From: Mobula hypostoma
Taxonomy: Eukaryota
Length of the DNA: 64,000 nt
Direction: 5' to 3'
Assembly: GCF_963921235.1 (NCBI RefSeq)
Contig: NC_086097.1
Location: forward strand, 172,300,001 to 172,364,000
Numbering within the stretch: the stretch's first letter is position 1; each line of letters begins with the position of its first letter. Of this stretch, positions 37,541 through 48,969 are shown piece by piece. The notes under the pieces are model-generated. The model did no database searches, was not told where the DNA came from, and saw only the letters and a program-made list of their open reading frames with translations. The position numbers and the translations under genes were made by a program.

Positions 37541-39364
37541 AGCTATTTCAAAGCGAAGAGACAATTTCGAACAAGGTTGGAGGTGACATCGGATGCACGG
37601 CAACTCCGGCAGTCTTTGCAAGACATTACTTCCTAGAAAGCGAAACCCAATTCCCACAATCCTGATTGAGAAGTTGCAGAACCTTGGCCTCTGTATCTCC
37701 CTCTGCCTCACTACCAGGTGAACTCAACACCTTCTATGCCTGCTTTGAAAGGGAGAACACAACTACAGCTGTGAAGATCCCTGCTGCACCTGATGACCCT
37801 GTGATCTCTGTCTCAGAAGCTGATGTTAGACTGTCTTTAAAGAGAGTGAACTCTCACAAGGCGGAAGGTCCCAATGGAGTACCTGGTATGGCTCTGAAAG
37901 CCTGTGCCAGCCAACTAGCGGGAGCATTCAAAGATATTTTCAACCTCTCACTGCTACAGGTGGAAGTTCCCAATTGCTTCAAAAAAGGCAACAATTATAC
38001 CAGTGCCTAAGAAGAATAATGCGAGCTGCCTTAATAACTGTCACCTGGTAGCACTCACATCAACAGTGATGAAATGCTTTGAGAGGTTGGCCATGACTAG
38101 ACTGAACTCCTGCCTCAGCAAGGACTGGGACCCATTGCAATTTGCCTATCACCACAATAGGTCAATGACAGACACAATCTCAATGGCTCTCCACACGGCT
38201 TTCGAGCACCTGGACAACACAACAACTATGTCAGGATGCTGTTCATCGACTGTAGATCAGCATTTAATACCACCATTCCCACAATCCTGATTGAGAAACT
38301 GCAGATCCTGGGCCTCTATACCTCCCTCTGCAATTGGATCCTCAGCTTCCTAAACAGAAGACCACAACCTGTGTGGATTGGTGTCAACCTTGCTGACAAT
38401 TGACACTGGCGCACTTCCAGGTGTGTGCTTAGCCCACTGCTGTACCCTCTATATATCCATGACTGTGTGGCGAGGCATAGCTCAAATACCATCGGTAAAT
38501 TTGCTGATGATTTAACCATTGTTGGTAGAATCTCAGGTGGTAATGAGAGGCCGTAGAGAAGTGAGATATGCCGACTCGTGGAATGGTGCCGCAGTAACAA
38601 CCTGGCACTCAACGACAGTAGGATGAAAGAGCTGATTGTGGACTTCAGGAAGGGTAAGACGAAGGAGCACATACCAATCCCCATAGAGGGATCAGAAGTG
38701 GAGAGAGTGAGTAATTTCAGGTTCCTGGGTGTCAAGATCTCTGAGGATCTAACCTGGTCCCAACATATCAATGTAGTTATAAAGAAAGCAAGACAGCAGC
38801 TATACTTTATTAGGAATTTGAAGAGATTTGGTATGTCAACAAATACACTCAAAAACTTCTACAGATGAACCATGAAGAGCATTCTGACAGGCTGCATCAC
38901 TGTCTGGTATAGAGGGGCTATTGCAAAGGACCGAAAGAAGCTGCAGAAGGTTGTAAATCTAGTCAGCTCCATCTTGGGCACTAGCCTACTAAGTACCCAG
39001 GACATCTTCAGGGAGCAGTGTCCCAAAACATCAGCTTCCATTATTAAGGACCTCCAGCACCCAGGGCATGCCCTTTTCTCACTGTTACCATCAGGTAGGA
39101 GGTACAGAAGCCTGAAGGCACACACTCAGCAATTCAGGAACAGATTCTTCCCCTCTGTCATCTGATTCCTAAATGGGTATTGAACCCTTGGACTAACCCA
39201 CTTTTGTTAATAAACAGTATTTCTGGTTTTTTGCACATTTCTTAATCTATGCAATATACATATACTGTAAGTTATTTATTTATTTTCTCTTCTATATTAT
39301 GTATGGCACTGAACTGCTTCTGCTACACGTCACATGCCTGTGATAATAAACCTGAATCTGATTC
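37541..39364 (+). mobile_element. Rex1/Babar LINE (RT to tail)
   Basis: ELNTFYACFE..LKRVNSHKAEGPNGVPG; VALTSTVMKCFERL; KFADD; tail aataaacctgaatctgattct. Confidence 0.9.
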
Positions 39365-40354
39365 TTTTGTTATTAACCTAAATTAAATCCCCTGTGTTTT
39401 GATGTTGTCAAGTAATAAAACATGAAAACTTCTGGGGGGCGGGGGGGGGAATTTTTTTATCAGCACAATACAAGTGACAAACAGAGTTAAAAAGACTTGT
39501 GTTTACGCTAGATTAGGATATTTGGCCTCTGTTCTCAGAGCAATGAGATACTCACTAGGTTTGTTGCAGTAATCTGACAATTTCATCATAACTTTTAATG
39601 ACACCAACTTTTCATGTTCGAAAGAAGAACCATTGAATTTGAATTGTTATGGTAGGATTTAAACTCTCAAAGAATTATTAACTGGATCCCCAGTACATCT
39701 AGTTCAATAACACAAACAGCAAAAGCATACCCATAAAAAGTGCCTCATTGGGTCTTTTGGAGAGAGGAAATGAGGGAGAAGGTGAATTACTAAAACTCCA
39801 AATCTCAGTTTGCAAAGATTAATGGTCGCATTAAATTCAAGACGTCACCATGCAGGGGAACAAGGTGGTCTTGAATGGGCAGGTCATAAAATACTAAAAC
39901 TAAGGACTTTACATAGAACCCCATTCCCTGCACAATTTGCTATATTTGATGAATTGATTACATTCTGTGCCAAAACATTTCATTTATTTGAAAATCAATA
40001 CAGATCTCAGGAAACGTTTAGCCTTTCTATGAACAAGACAGCAGGAGATCAATGTGTATGCGTGAAGTGGCTACCAAATATCTTCAAACTTCAGTTTTAT
40101 AGTCAAACCACATGCAGAGTTTCACAGCAAAGAAATGAGAGATTTGGCCCATCTAGTCAATGTTTATGTGTTCAAGCAATGCTCGGGGAGGATGTCTCAG
40201 AACAGGTTTGAAGTAAAGCTTCTGTGCCATGAATTCTGAAACTTCAGAAAATTCTGCTGGCAGAACACAGTTCTCTGGGTAGGCATGTGAGTTATTTTTA
40301 TGAATTTATTCATTCATGGGATGTGAAGACTTAAAACAATATTTTTATTGTTTT

Positions 40355-41335
40355 AGAGTAAATCAGCACAGAAACAGGACATTTGCCCAACTCGTCCATA
40401 TCGGCCAAGATTCCTATCTAAGCTAGAACCATTTGCCTGCATTAGGCCCATATCCCTCTACATCTTTCCTTTCCATGTACGTGTCTAAATATCTTTTAAA
40501 TGTTTTTAATGTATCTGCCTCCACCTCTCCCTCTGGCAACTCATTCCATGTACTGAACACTCTCAGGATGAAAAAGTTGCCACTCAGGTTCCTATTAAAT
40601 ATTTTTCCTCTCACCTCAAATGTATACATGTATGCCCTCTTGTTCTTGATTCTCCATCCTACATTCATCCTATCTATGCCCCTCACTCCAAGAGCACCCT
40701 CATTCTCCTATGCTTCAATGAATAAAGTCCCTCTCTCCATAACTCACCCCTTGTGACCCAGAAAAATCCTTGTAAGTTCCCTCTGCACTTTTTCTAGTTT
40801 TCTCTAACAATTTTCCAAATGCAGCCTTGCCAATTATGCTGTGTAACTTCAACATAATGTCCCAACTACCATTGCAAATGCCCTGACTGAAGTCCAGCAT
40901 GTCAACTGCTTTCTTCACCACACTGATTACCTGCATTTTGTTTTCTTTACTTTCTGATCATCCGTAAACTGAGTTACAGGGGAAGGTTGTGACTTTATTC
41001 CCTGGAACACATGAGGATAAAGGGACATCTTATGGGGGTATGCAAAATTATAAGACGTATAGATGGGCAAACGTATGGTCATAGGTTTAGGGTGAAAGGT
41101 GAAAGCTTTAGGGCGGAGAGGGCTTCTTCACTTCGAGGCAGTGGGAGTGTGGAACAAGCTGGCAGTGGAAGTGATAGATCTGGGTTAAACTGTTACATTT
41201 AAGAGAATTTCGGAGAGATACATGGATGAGAAGAATAGGGAGAGCTATGTTCCAGGTGCCTGTAGATGGGATAATGCAGAAAACTAGCTTGGCACAGGCT
41301 AGATGGCCTGTACTCTATGACACTGTGACTATGGA
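40355..41335. mobile_element. CR1 3' fragments (minus 40355-40935, plus 40960-41335)
   Basis: MRGIDR...NFFILRVFSTWNELP...GYGPNAGKW; CKIIRRID..GHRFRVKGE. Confidence 0.75.
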
Positions 41336-41790
41336 TTCTAGGCACCTTTGGCACGGCAAGCATTCACCATCCCCTGCCTACTCCCCTTGAGAAGATAGTG
41401 ATGAGCCAGCTTCTTAAACCACAACATGTAAAGGTTTATAAATTCATGAAGGGTGTAGATAAGTTGGATGTTTACAGTCAAATCACATAAAATGCCAGAG
41501 GAACCCAACAAGTTTGGCAACATCTATGTAGGGGAATAAACAGTCAACATTTTGAGTTTATCTTCATCGTGGCCGTGGACATATGTGTTGGTGTGAGAAG
41601 GGGAAGTCAAATGAAGTTGTTAGCAGCAGGGAGATCCTGCCCTGTGCAGTGGACAGAAACTCATACTGGGGGAACAACGCCTCATATTCTGTCTGGGTAG
41701 CCTTCAACCTCATGACATGAATATCAATTTCTCTAACTTAGAATAATTACTCCTCCCACCCTCCTCCTCCCTTTTTCCATTCCCCATTCT

Positions 41791-42066
41791 GGTTAATATC
41801 AAAAACATAAAACTAATCAAAAGAAAAACACAGGACCCCAGGAGAATGTGTCTTAGATTCATTTTTACCTTTGGAGAGGCATGGAGTTATGATGTAGTGG
41901 AATAATGACATGTACCATTCACCTACTTTTACATATAACCCATAATGAATTATGTTATCAAAAAAGAACCCTTAATCAAACAATATACTTATAATATTAC
42001 TCAAATATTAAATACACAATACTGCTTCCTGCTTAGTGATAAACTCCAACTCAAGATAGAATGCAT
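41791..42066 (-). mobile_element. Gypsy-type LTR remnant with adjacent polypurine tract
   Basis: Minus strand aagcaggaagcag (42034-42022) then tattgtgtatttaatatt..., AT-rich ~230 bp; same orientation as the Gypsy pol remnant at 44360-45090. Confidence 0.5.
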
Positions 42067-42070
42067 CTTA

Positions 42071-42139
42071 TCTTAGGCACATATATATATATATATATAT
42101 ATATAGCTAGAGTGCCTAAGACTTTTGCACAGGACTGTA
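42071..42139. mobile_element. Tiny Tc1-type TIR element enclosing an (AT)n microsatellite
   Basis: tcttaggcac / gtgcctaaga inverted repeat around (AT)12; right end cttttgcacaggactg+TA resembles a Tc1 terminus. Confidence 0.6.
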
Positions 42140-42432
42140 TATTTGTCAGCGTGGAGCAGAAAGCAAGTTTGTAAATCTGGCGGGAGCAAAGGATGTTTGG
42201 AATGGTGAGGATGGAGCACCGTGGGAGGAGTATGGGGCAGGTGGCAGAGAAGGAGTGCTGGGGAAGGGTATGGAGCAGCCAGCACTGAGACGGCAGGCAA
42301 GGTCATTTGATTCCGAACAATTGGTTTATTCATTATTACAGACTATTTCTCTGGTGCTTCCTGCTCCCTCCCCTCTCTCTTCCCCTCCTCCCAAACACGA
42401 TTCCCTTCTCCCTGCCCCCTTCCGACTCTCCT

Positions 42433-43995
42433 GCTATAAAAAGCATCACCCCTCTTGGAAGTTTTCATGTATTACTGTTTTACAACATTGAATCACAGTG
42501 GACTTAATTTGGCATTCTTTGACACTGATCAACAGAAAAAGATTCCGTTGTGTCAAAATGAAAGCAGATCTTTACAAGGTGATCAAAATTAATTAAAACA
42601 TAAAATAATATATTGCATAAGTTTCCCCCCCCCCCCACCTTTAATATGACACACCAAATCATCACTTGTGCAGGCAATTGGTTTTAGAAGTCACACCATT
42701 AGTTAAATGGAGAGCTGTTTTTGGAGACCTGTGTACAGTCAAGGTTGTTTCAATTGATTGCAGTAAAAATACACTGGTATCTGGAAGGTCCAACTGCTGG
42801 TGAGTCAGCATCCTGGCAAAAACTACACCACGAAGTCAAAAGAACACTTCAAGCAACTCCACGGAAAGATTATTGAAAAGCACGTCAGGAGAGGATACAA
42901 GAAAATTTCCAAGTCACTGAATATCCCTCGGAGTACAGTTAAGTCAATCATCAAAAAATGGAAGAATATAGCACAGCTGTAAATCTGCCTAGAGCAGGTG
43001 TCCTCAAATACTGAGCGACCGTGCATGAAGGGGACTAGTGGGGGAGGCCACCAAGAGACCTATGACAACTCTAGGGGAGTTACAAGCTTCAGTGGCTGCG
43101 ATGAGAAAGACTGTGCATACAACAACCATTGCCTGGGTGCTCCACCAGTTGTAGCTTTATGAGAGAGAAAGCCACCATTGAAAAAAACTCGTATGAAATC
43201 TTGGCTAGGGTTTGCCAGAAGGCACGTGGAAGACTCTGAAATCAGCTGGAAGATCAGCTATGTTCTGATGAAAGTAAAATCGAGCTTTTTGGCCATCAAG
43301 CTAAACGCAATGTTTGGCGTAAGCACAGCATCGAAAGCACATCATTCCTACAATAAAGATTGGTGGTGGCTACATCATGCTGTGGGGATGCTTCACTGCA
43401 GCAGGCCCTGGAAGGCTTGTGAAGGTAGAGGGCAAAATGAATGCAGCAAAATACAGGGAAATCCTGGAGGAAAACCTGATGCAGTCTGCAAGAGAACTGT
43501 GACTTGGGAGAAGATTTGTTTTCCAGCAAGACAATGACCCCAAGTATAAAGCCAAGTCTACACAGGGATGGTTTAAAAACAACAAAGTAAATATCCTGGA
43601 GTGGCCAAGTCAGAGTCCAGACCTCAATCCAATTGAGAATTTGTGGCTGCACTTGAAAAGGGCTGTTCACTCATGATCCCCATGCAATCTGACAGAGCTT
43701 GAGCATTGTGTAAAGAATGGAAAAGTTGCAGTGTCCAGGTGTGCAAAGCTGATAGAGACCTATCCACATAAACTCAAGGCTGTAATTGCTGCCAAAGCTG
43801 CATCTACTAAATACTGCTTGAAGGAGGTGAGTAATTATGCAATCAATTATTTTGTGTTTAATAATATTAATAAATTTAGATCACTTTGTAGAGATCTGTT
43901 TTCACTTTGACACGAAAGAATCTTTTTCTGTCGATCTGTGTCAAAAAAGCCAAATTAAATCCACTGTGATTCAATGTTGTAGAACAATAAAACAC
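42433..43995 (+). mobile_element. Second copy of the same Tc1 family, outer TIR ends missing
   Basis: Collinear with 36060-37540; [42 protein letters not shown]; long TIRs at both ends. Confidence 0.9.
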
Positions 43996-44359
43996 CTCAA
44001 ACCAGATTCAAGGTCTCATAAGAACATAAGAAATATCCACCTACCTGCCCTTTCTCCATAATCCTTAATTCCTCTACTATAAGAAAATCTATCCAACCTT
44101 GTCTTAGATATATTTACTGAGGTAGCCTCCACTGCTTCATTGGGCAGAGAATTCCACAGATTTACCACTCTCTGAGAAAAGCAGTTCCTCCTCAACTCGG
44201 TCCTAAATCCACTCCCCTGAATCTTGAGGCTATGTCCCCTAGTTCTAGTCTCACTTACCAGTGGAAACTATTTTCCTACCTCTATCTTATCTATCTCTTT
44301 CATAATTTTATATGTTTCTATTAGATTTCCTTTCATTTTCTGAATTCTCCCTCTCAATC

Positions 44360-45090
44360 TGTGCATAATTTTTCTCTGCAGTGATAAGGAAATATAATGC
44401 AAAGGCTATGAGGCGTTCATTTCCATGACACATGACATGTAACATGACTACTCCTATGCCATAAGGCGAGGTATCACAGGCAAGCTTTAATGGATGATGT
44501 GGATTATAATGTGTGTACAGTGTCGGCCACCATCACTTCCTTTGGCTTTTGGAAAACCACCTCACACTACTCTGTCCATTGCCATTTCTTCCCAATCTAC
44601 AGTAATGAGTCCAATGAGTTGAGTACAGTGGCCAGGTTTGGCAGGAACCTGTTATTATAATTGATAAATCCTATAAAGGGCCGCAACTTTGATACATTCT
44701 CTGGCGCTGTGGCATCCATCTTTGCTGAATTTTCTCAGCATACTAGTGTAATCCTTTTGTGTCAATGGTCTGACCATATTAATTGATGATTGGTTTAAAG
44801 AATTCACACTTGTTTCCATCATGATCTGATCTTTTTATACCCTGTTGAGATTTAAGAGATGTATTTTGTCATCCGAGTAACACAGCAAGCCTGGGTACCG
44901 TGCAGCACCTGGTTCATAGCTTTCTGCCAGAGTGCAGGTGCTGATGCTACTTCAAAAGTATGGTAATTATAATGATAAAGCCCTTTATAAATGTTTAGGG
45001 TGAGAAACACTTTGGACTCTTCCTCCATCTCCATCTGCAGATAGGCCTCAGCTAAGTTCACTTATAAGTCCACTTTGTTGAATTATTTCC
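44360..45090 (-). mobile_element. Ty3/Gypsy pol (RT to RNase H) remnant
   Basis: NLAEAYLQMEMEEESKVFLTLNIYKGLYHYN..FEVASAPALWQKAMNQVL. Confidence 0.85.
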
Positions 45091-45106
45091 CTCCAGAATC
45101 ATTTAG

Positions 45107-45905
45107 GCATAAGACCATAAGATACAGGAGAAAAATTAGGCCATTTGGCCTATGGCTCTGCTTTGGCTTTTCATTCTGGTTGATTCATATCCATCTCAAC
45201 CCCAATCTCCTGCCTTCTCCCTGTATCCCTTCATACCCTGACCAATCAATAATCTCTTAGCCTCTGCCATAAATATATCCAATAACTTGGCCTCCACAGC
45301 TGCCTGTGGCAAAGAATTCCACAGATCCACCACTCTCTGGCTAAAGAAATTCCTCCTCATCTCCGTTCTAAAGGGACGTCCCTCTATTCTGAGGCTTAAT
45401 CCTCTGGAATGAGACTACCCCACCACAGGAAACATCCTCTCCATATCCACTCTATTAAAGTCGTTCACCATTCAATAGATTTCAATGAGATTCCCCATCG
45501 TTCTCCTGAATTCCAGTGAGTACAGGCCCAGAATCATCTAATACTCCTTATATAATAAGAATTTCAATCCCAGAATCATTTTTGTGACCCTCCTTTGAAA
45601 TATCTCCAATGTCAGCACATTCTTTCTGTGGTAAGGGGCCCAAAACTGCTCACAATATTCCTAGTAAGGCCTCACCAGTGCCTTATAAAGCTTCAACATT
45701 ACATCCTTGCTTTTATATTCCAGTCCTCCCCAAATGAATGCTAACATTGTGTTTACCTTCCTCACCACAGACTCAACTTGCAAATTAACCATTAGGGAAT
45801 ATTGCATGAGGACTTCTAAATCCCTTTGCAATTCAGATTTCTGAATTTTCTCACCATTTAGAAAATAGTCTACACTTTTATTTGTTCTACCAAAGTGCAT
45901 GTCCA
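45107..45905 (-). mobile_element. CR1 3' fragment
   Basis: MHFGRTNK.VDYFLNGE...LEYKSKDVMLKLYKALVRP; tail cataagaccataagat. Confidence 0.85.
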
Positions 45906-45924
45906 TAAACTTCCTGGCTCTGTA

Positions 45925-48575
45925 TTCCAGATGGGAGATTCTGTGGCAGCAAAAGAGGCGCCAGGATAGTGTGTTGCCTCCCGGGTGCTAGGGTCTACGA
46001 TGTCTCTGAGTGGTTGCAGAACATTCTTGGAGGGTGAGCAGTCGGAGGTCATGGTACATGTTGGTACCAATGACATAGGCAGAGAGGGGTAGGGATCCTG
46101 TGCAGTAAGTTTAGGGAATTAGGAAGGAGGTTGAACAGCAGGTCCTCCAAAATGGTGATCTCCGGATTACTCCCAGTGCCTCGAGCTGGGGAAGGTCAGA
46201 GCAGGAAGATAGCGCAGATGAATGAATGGCTGAGGAGATGGTGCAGGAGGCAGGGTTCAAGTTCTTGGATCACTGGAACTTTTTTGGGGGAAGGAGTGAC
46301 CTGTACAAGTGAGACGGGTTGCACCTGAACTGGAGGGGAACCAATATCCTGGGAGGGAGGTTTGCTAATGCTATTAGGGAGGGTTTAATCTAGATTTGAA
46401 GGGTGGTGGGAACCAAAGTGAAGAGGCAGAGGATGGGGCTGTTGGTGCACAAGTAGAGTCAGCTTTTAGGGAGTTTGTGAGAAAGGGTAAGTAGATGATA
46501 GAGCAAAGCTTACACTCAGCCAGATGGTTTGAGATGGGGCTATCTTAATGCAAAGAGTATCATAAACAAGACGGATGAACTTAGAGCATGGATCAATACG
46601 TGGAGCTATGGCATTGTGGTCATTACAGTGACTTGGCTGTCTCAGGGGCAAGAATGGCTGCTGAATGTGCCAGGTTTTAGATGTTTCAAAAGGGGTAGGG
46701 AGGGAGGCAAAAGAGTTGGGGGAGTGGCATTGCTAATCAGGGATAGTATCACAGGTACAGAAAAGGAAGAAGTCATGAAGGCATTGTCTACTAAGTCATT
46801 GTGGGTGGAAGTCCGAAACAGGAAGGGGGCAACAATTCTACTGGGTGTTTTTTATAGACCCCACAATAGTAACTGAGACACCGAGGAGCAGATAGGGATG
46901 CAGGTTCTGGAACGGTGCAATAATAATAGGGTTGTTGTCGTGGGTGATTTTAACTTTCTTAATATTGATTGGCATCTCCTTAGAGCAAGGGGTTTACATG
47001 GAGTGGAGTTTGTTAGGTGTATTCAGGAAGGATTTCTAACTCAATATGTAGATAAGCCAACTAGAGAAGACGCTACACATGACTTGGTATTGGGAAATGA
47101 ACCTGGTCAGTTGTCAGATCTCTTGGTGGGAGAGCATTTTGAAGGTAGTGATCACAACTCTATCTCCTTTAGCATTACGCTGGAGAGGATACGAGCAGAC
47201 AATTTGGGAAAACATTTAATTGGGGTACAGGGAAATATATGCTATTATGCTGGAACTTGGGAACATAAATTGGGAACAGATGGTCTCAGGTAAATGCATG
47301 GCAGAAATATGGCAAATATTCAGGGAACATTTGCATGGTGTTCTGCATAGGTATATTCCATTGAGGCATGGAAAGGATGGTAGGCAAAACAACCATAGTG
47401 TACAAAGGATGTGGAAAATCTAGTTAAGAAGAAAAGAAAAGCTTACAAAAGTTTCAAGAAAATAGTTAGAGCTCTAGAAGATTACAAGAGTGCCAGGAAG
47501 GAGCTCAAGAATTAAATTTTAGGAGAATTAGAAGGGCCATGAGAAGGCCTTGGCGAGCAGGATTAAGGAAAACCCCAAGACATTCTACAAGTATGTGAAG
47601 AGCAAGGGGATGAGCCATGTGATAATAGGACCAATCAGGTGTGTGGAGCCAGAGGAGGTAGCGGAGGTACTTAGTGAATACTTTGCGTCAGTATTCACCA
47701 GTGAAAAGGACTTTGACAATTGTGGGGATGAACCACAGTGGACTGAAATGTTTGAATATATAGGCCTTAAGAAAAAGGATGTGCTGGAGCCATTGAAAGG
47801 CGTTAAGTTAGATAAGTGGCTGGTACCGGACAAAATATACCCCAGGTTACTGTGGGAAGGGAGGGAGGAGATTTCTGAACCTCTGGTGATGATCTTTGCA
47901 TTATCAAGGACGAGAGAAGTACCAGAGGAATGGAGGGTTGCAAATGCTGTTCCCTTGTTCAAGAAATGGAGTACAGATAACCCAGGAAATTATAGACCAG
48001 TGAGTCTTCCTTCAGTGGTAGGCAAGTTGTTGGAGAAAATCCCAAGAGGCAGGATTTATGAGCATTTGGAGAGACATAACCTAATTAGCAATAGTCAGCA
48101 TGGCTTTGACAAGGGCAGGTTGTGCCTTATGAGCCAAATTGAGGATGTAACAAAACAGATTGAAGAAGGTAGAGCAGTGTAGTGTATATGGATTTCAGTA
48201 AGGCATTTGATAAGGTTCCCCATGCAAGACTCATTCAGAAAGCAATCAGGCATGGGATCCAAGGAGACCTTGATTTGTGGATCCAGCATTGGCTGTGGAT
48301 CCAGAAAGCATAAGGTGGTTGTAGATGGTTCGTGGTCTGTATGGAGGTCGGTGACCAGTGGTGTTCTGCAAGGATCTGTTCTGGGACCCCTCCTTTCTGT
48401 GATTTTTATAAATGATGTGGATAAGGAAGTGGAAGGGTGGATCCCAAGGGTGTCAGTTTGCTGATGACACAAAAGTTAGGGTTGTTGTGGATAGTCTGGA
48501 GGATTGTCAGAGGTTACAGTAGGACATTGATAGGGTGCAGATCTGGGCTGAGAAGTGGTAGATGGAGTTCAACCC
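45925..48575 (+). mobile_element. CR1 LINE from ORF1 esterase through ORF2 RT, 3'-truncated
   Basis: VHVGTNDI, VISGLLPVP; YLNAKSI, VGDFN, SDHN; NYRPVSL; GVLQGSVLGPLL. Confidence 0.9.
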
Positions 48576-48969
48576 ATTCATCTGCACAAAGCACTTAGTG
48601 CAATGGGGACACACCTTCCCATGGCATTCTCAGGCATCTTCTCCCTGTCCTCTTCGCAGCTCCTGTCAAAAGAAAACACAAACACTGTCCATCACCAAAC
48701 ACCCTCTCTAGAACTTTCTCCCGATTCCACCATCCTGATTGGCTGACAGAACATTCCTAAGTGGAACCACAGGGCTCTTAACTCTAGATAAAACCAAAAC
48801 ATTCTACCAAAAGGACGCACTACTTTTGCAGAAAACTGGTAAAATGAAATATCTGCAGTTTAATAGTATAAATCTTAACCAGAGCATTACACTAGAAAGG
48901 CAGGTGACCTTGAGGCGTGAATCAGCACATGGAGTTATGACATTGTAGCCGTTAGTGAGATTAGGTTGC

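Larger units (their letters stand above)
36053..39468 (+). mobile_element. Tc1 transposon, long-TIR (IR/DR) type, right TIR split by a Rex1 insertion
   Basis: TA+cagtgc start; ~220-bp TIR mirrored at 37440-37540 plus 39365-39468; transposase remnants HKSGDGYKKI, WSDETKIEL, KHDGGCIRLWGCF. Confidence 0.9.

Noticed and set aside
39810..40211. 133-aa ORF in non-repeat DNA; likewise 1499..1834 and 54603..54977
   Set aside because: Non-ATG starts, no recognisable domain and no convincing splice signals; lengths are compatible with chance
45107..48575. Head-to-head CR1 pieces with complementary breakpoints (plus piece ends at MEFNP, minus piece starts at MHFGR), resembling a twin-priming inversion
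   Set aside because: The two pieces look like different CR1 subfamilies and no TSD flanks the pair; more likely coincidental adjacency
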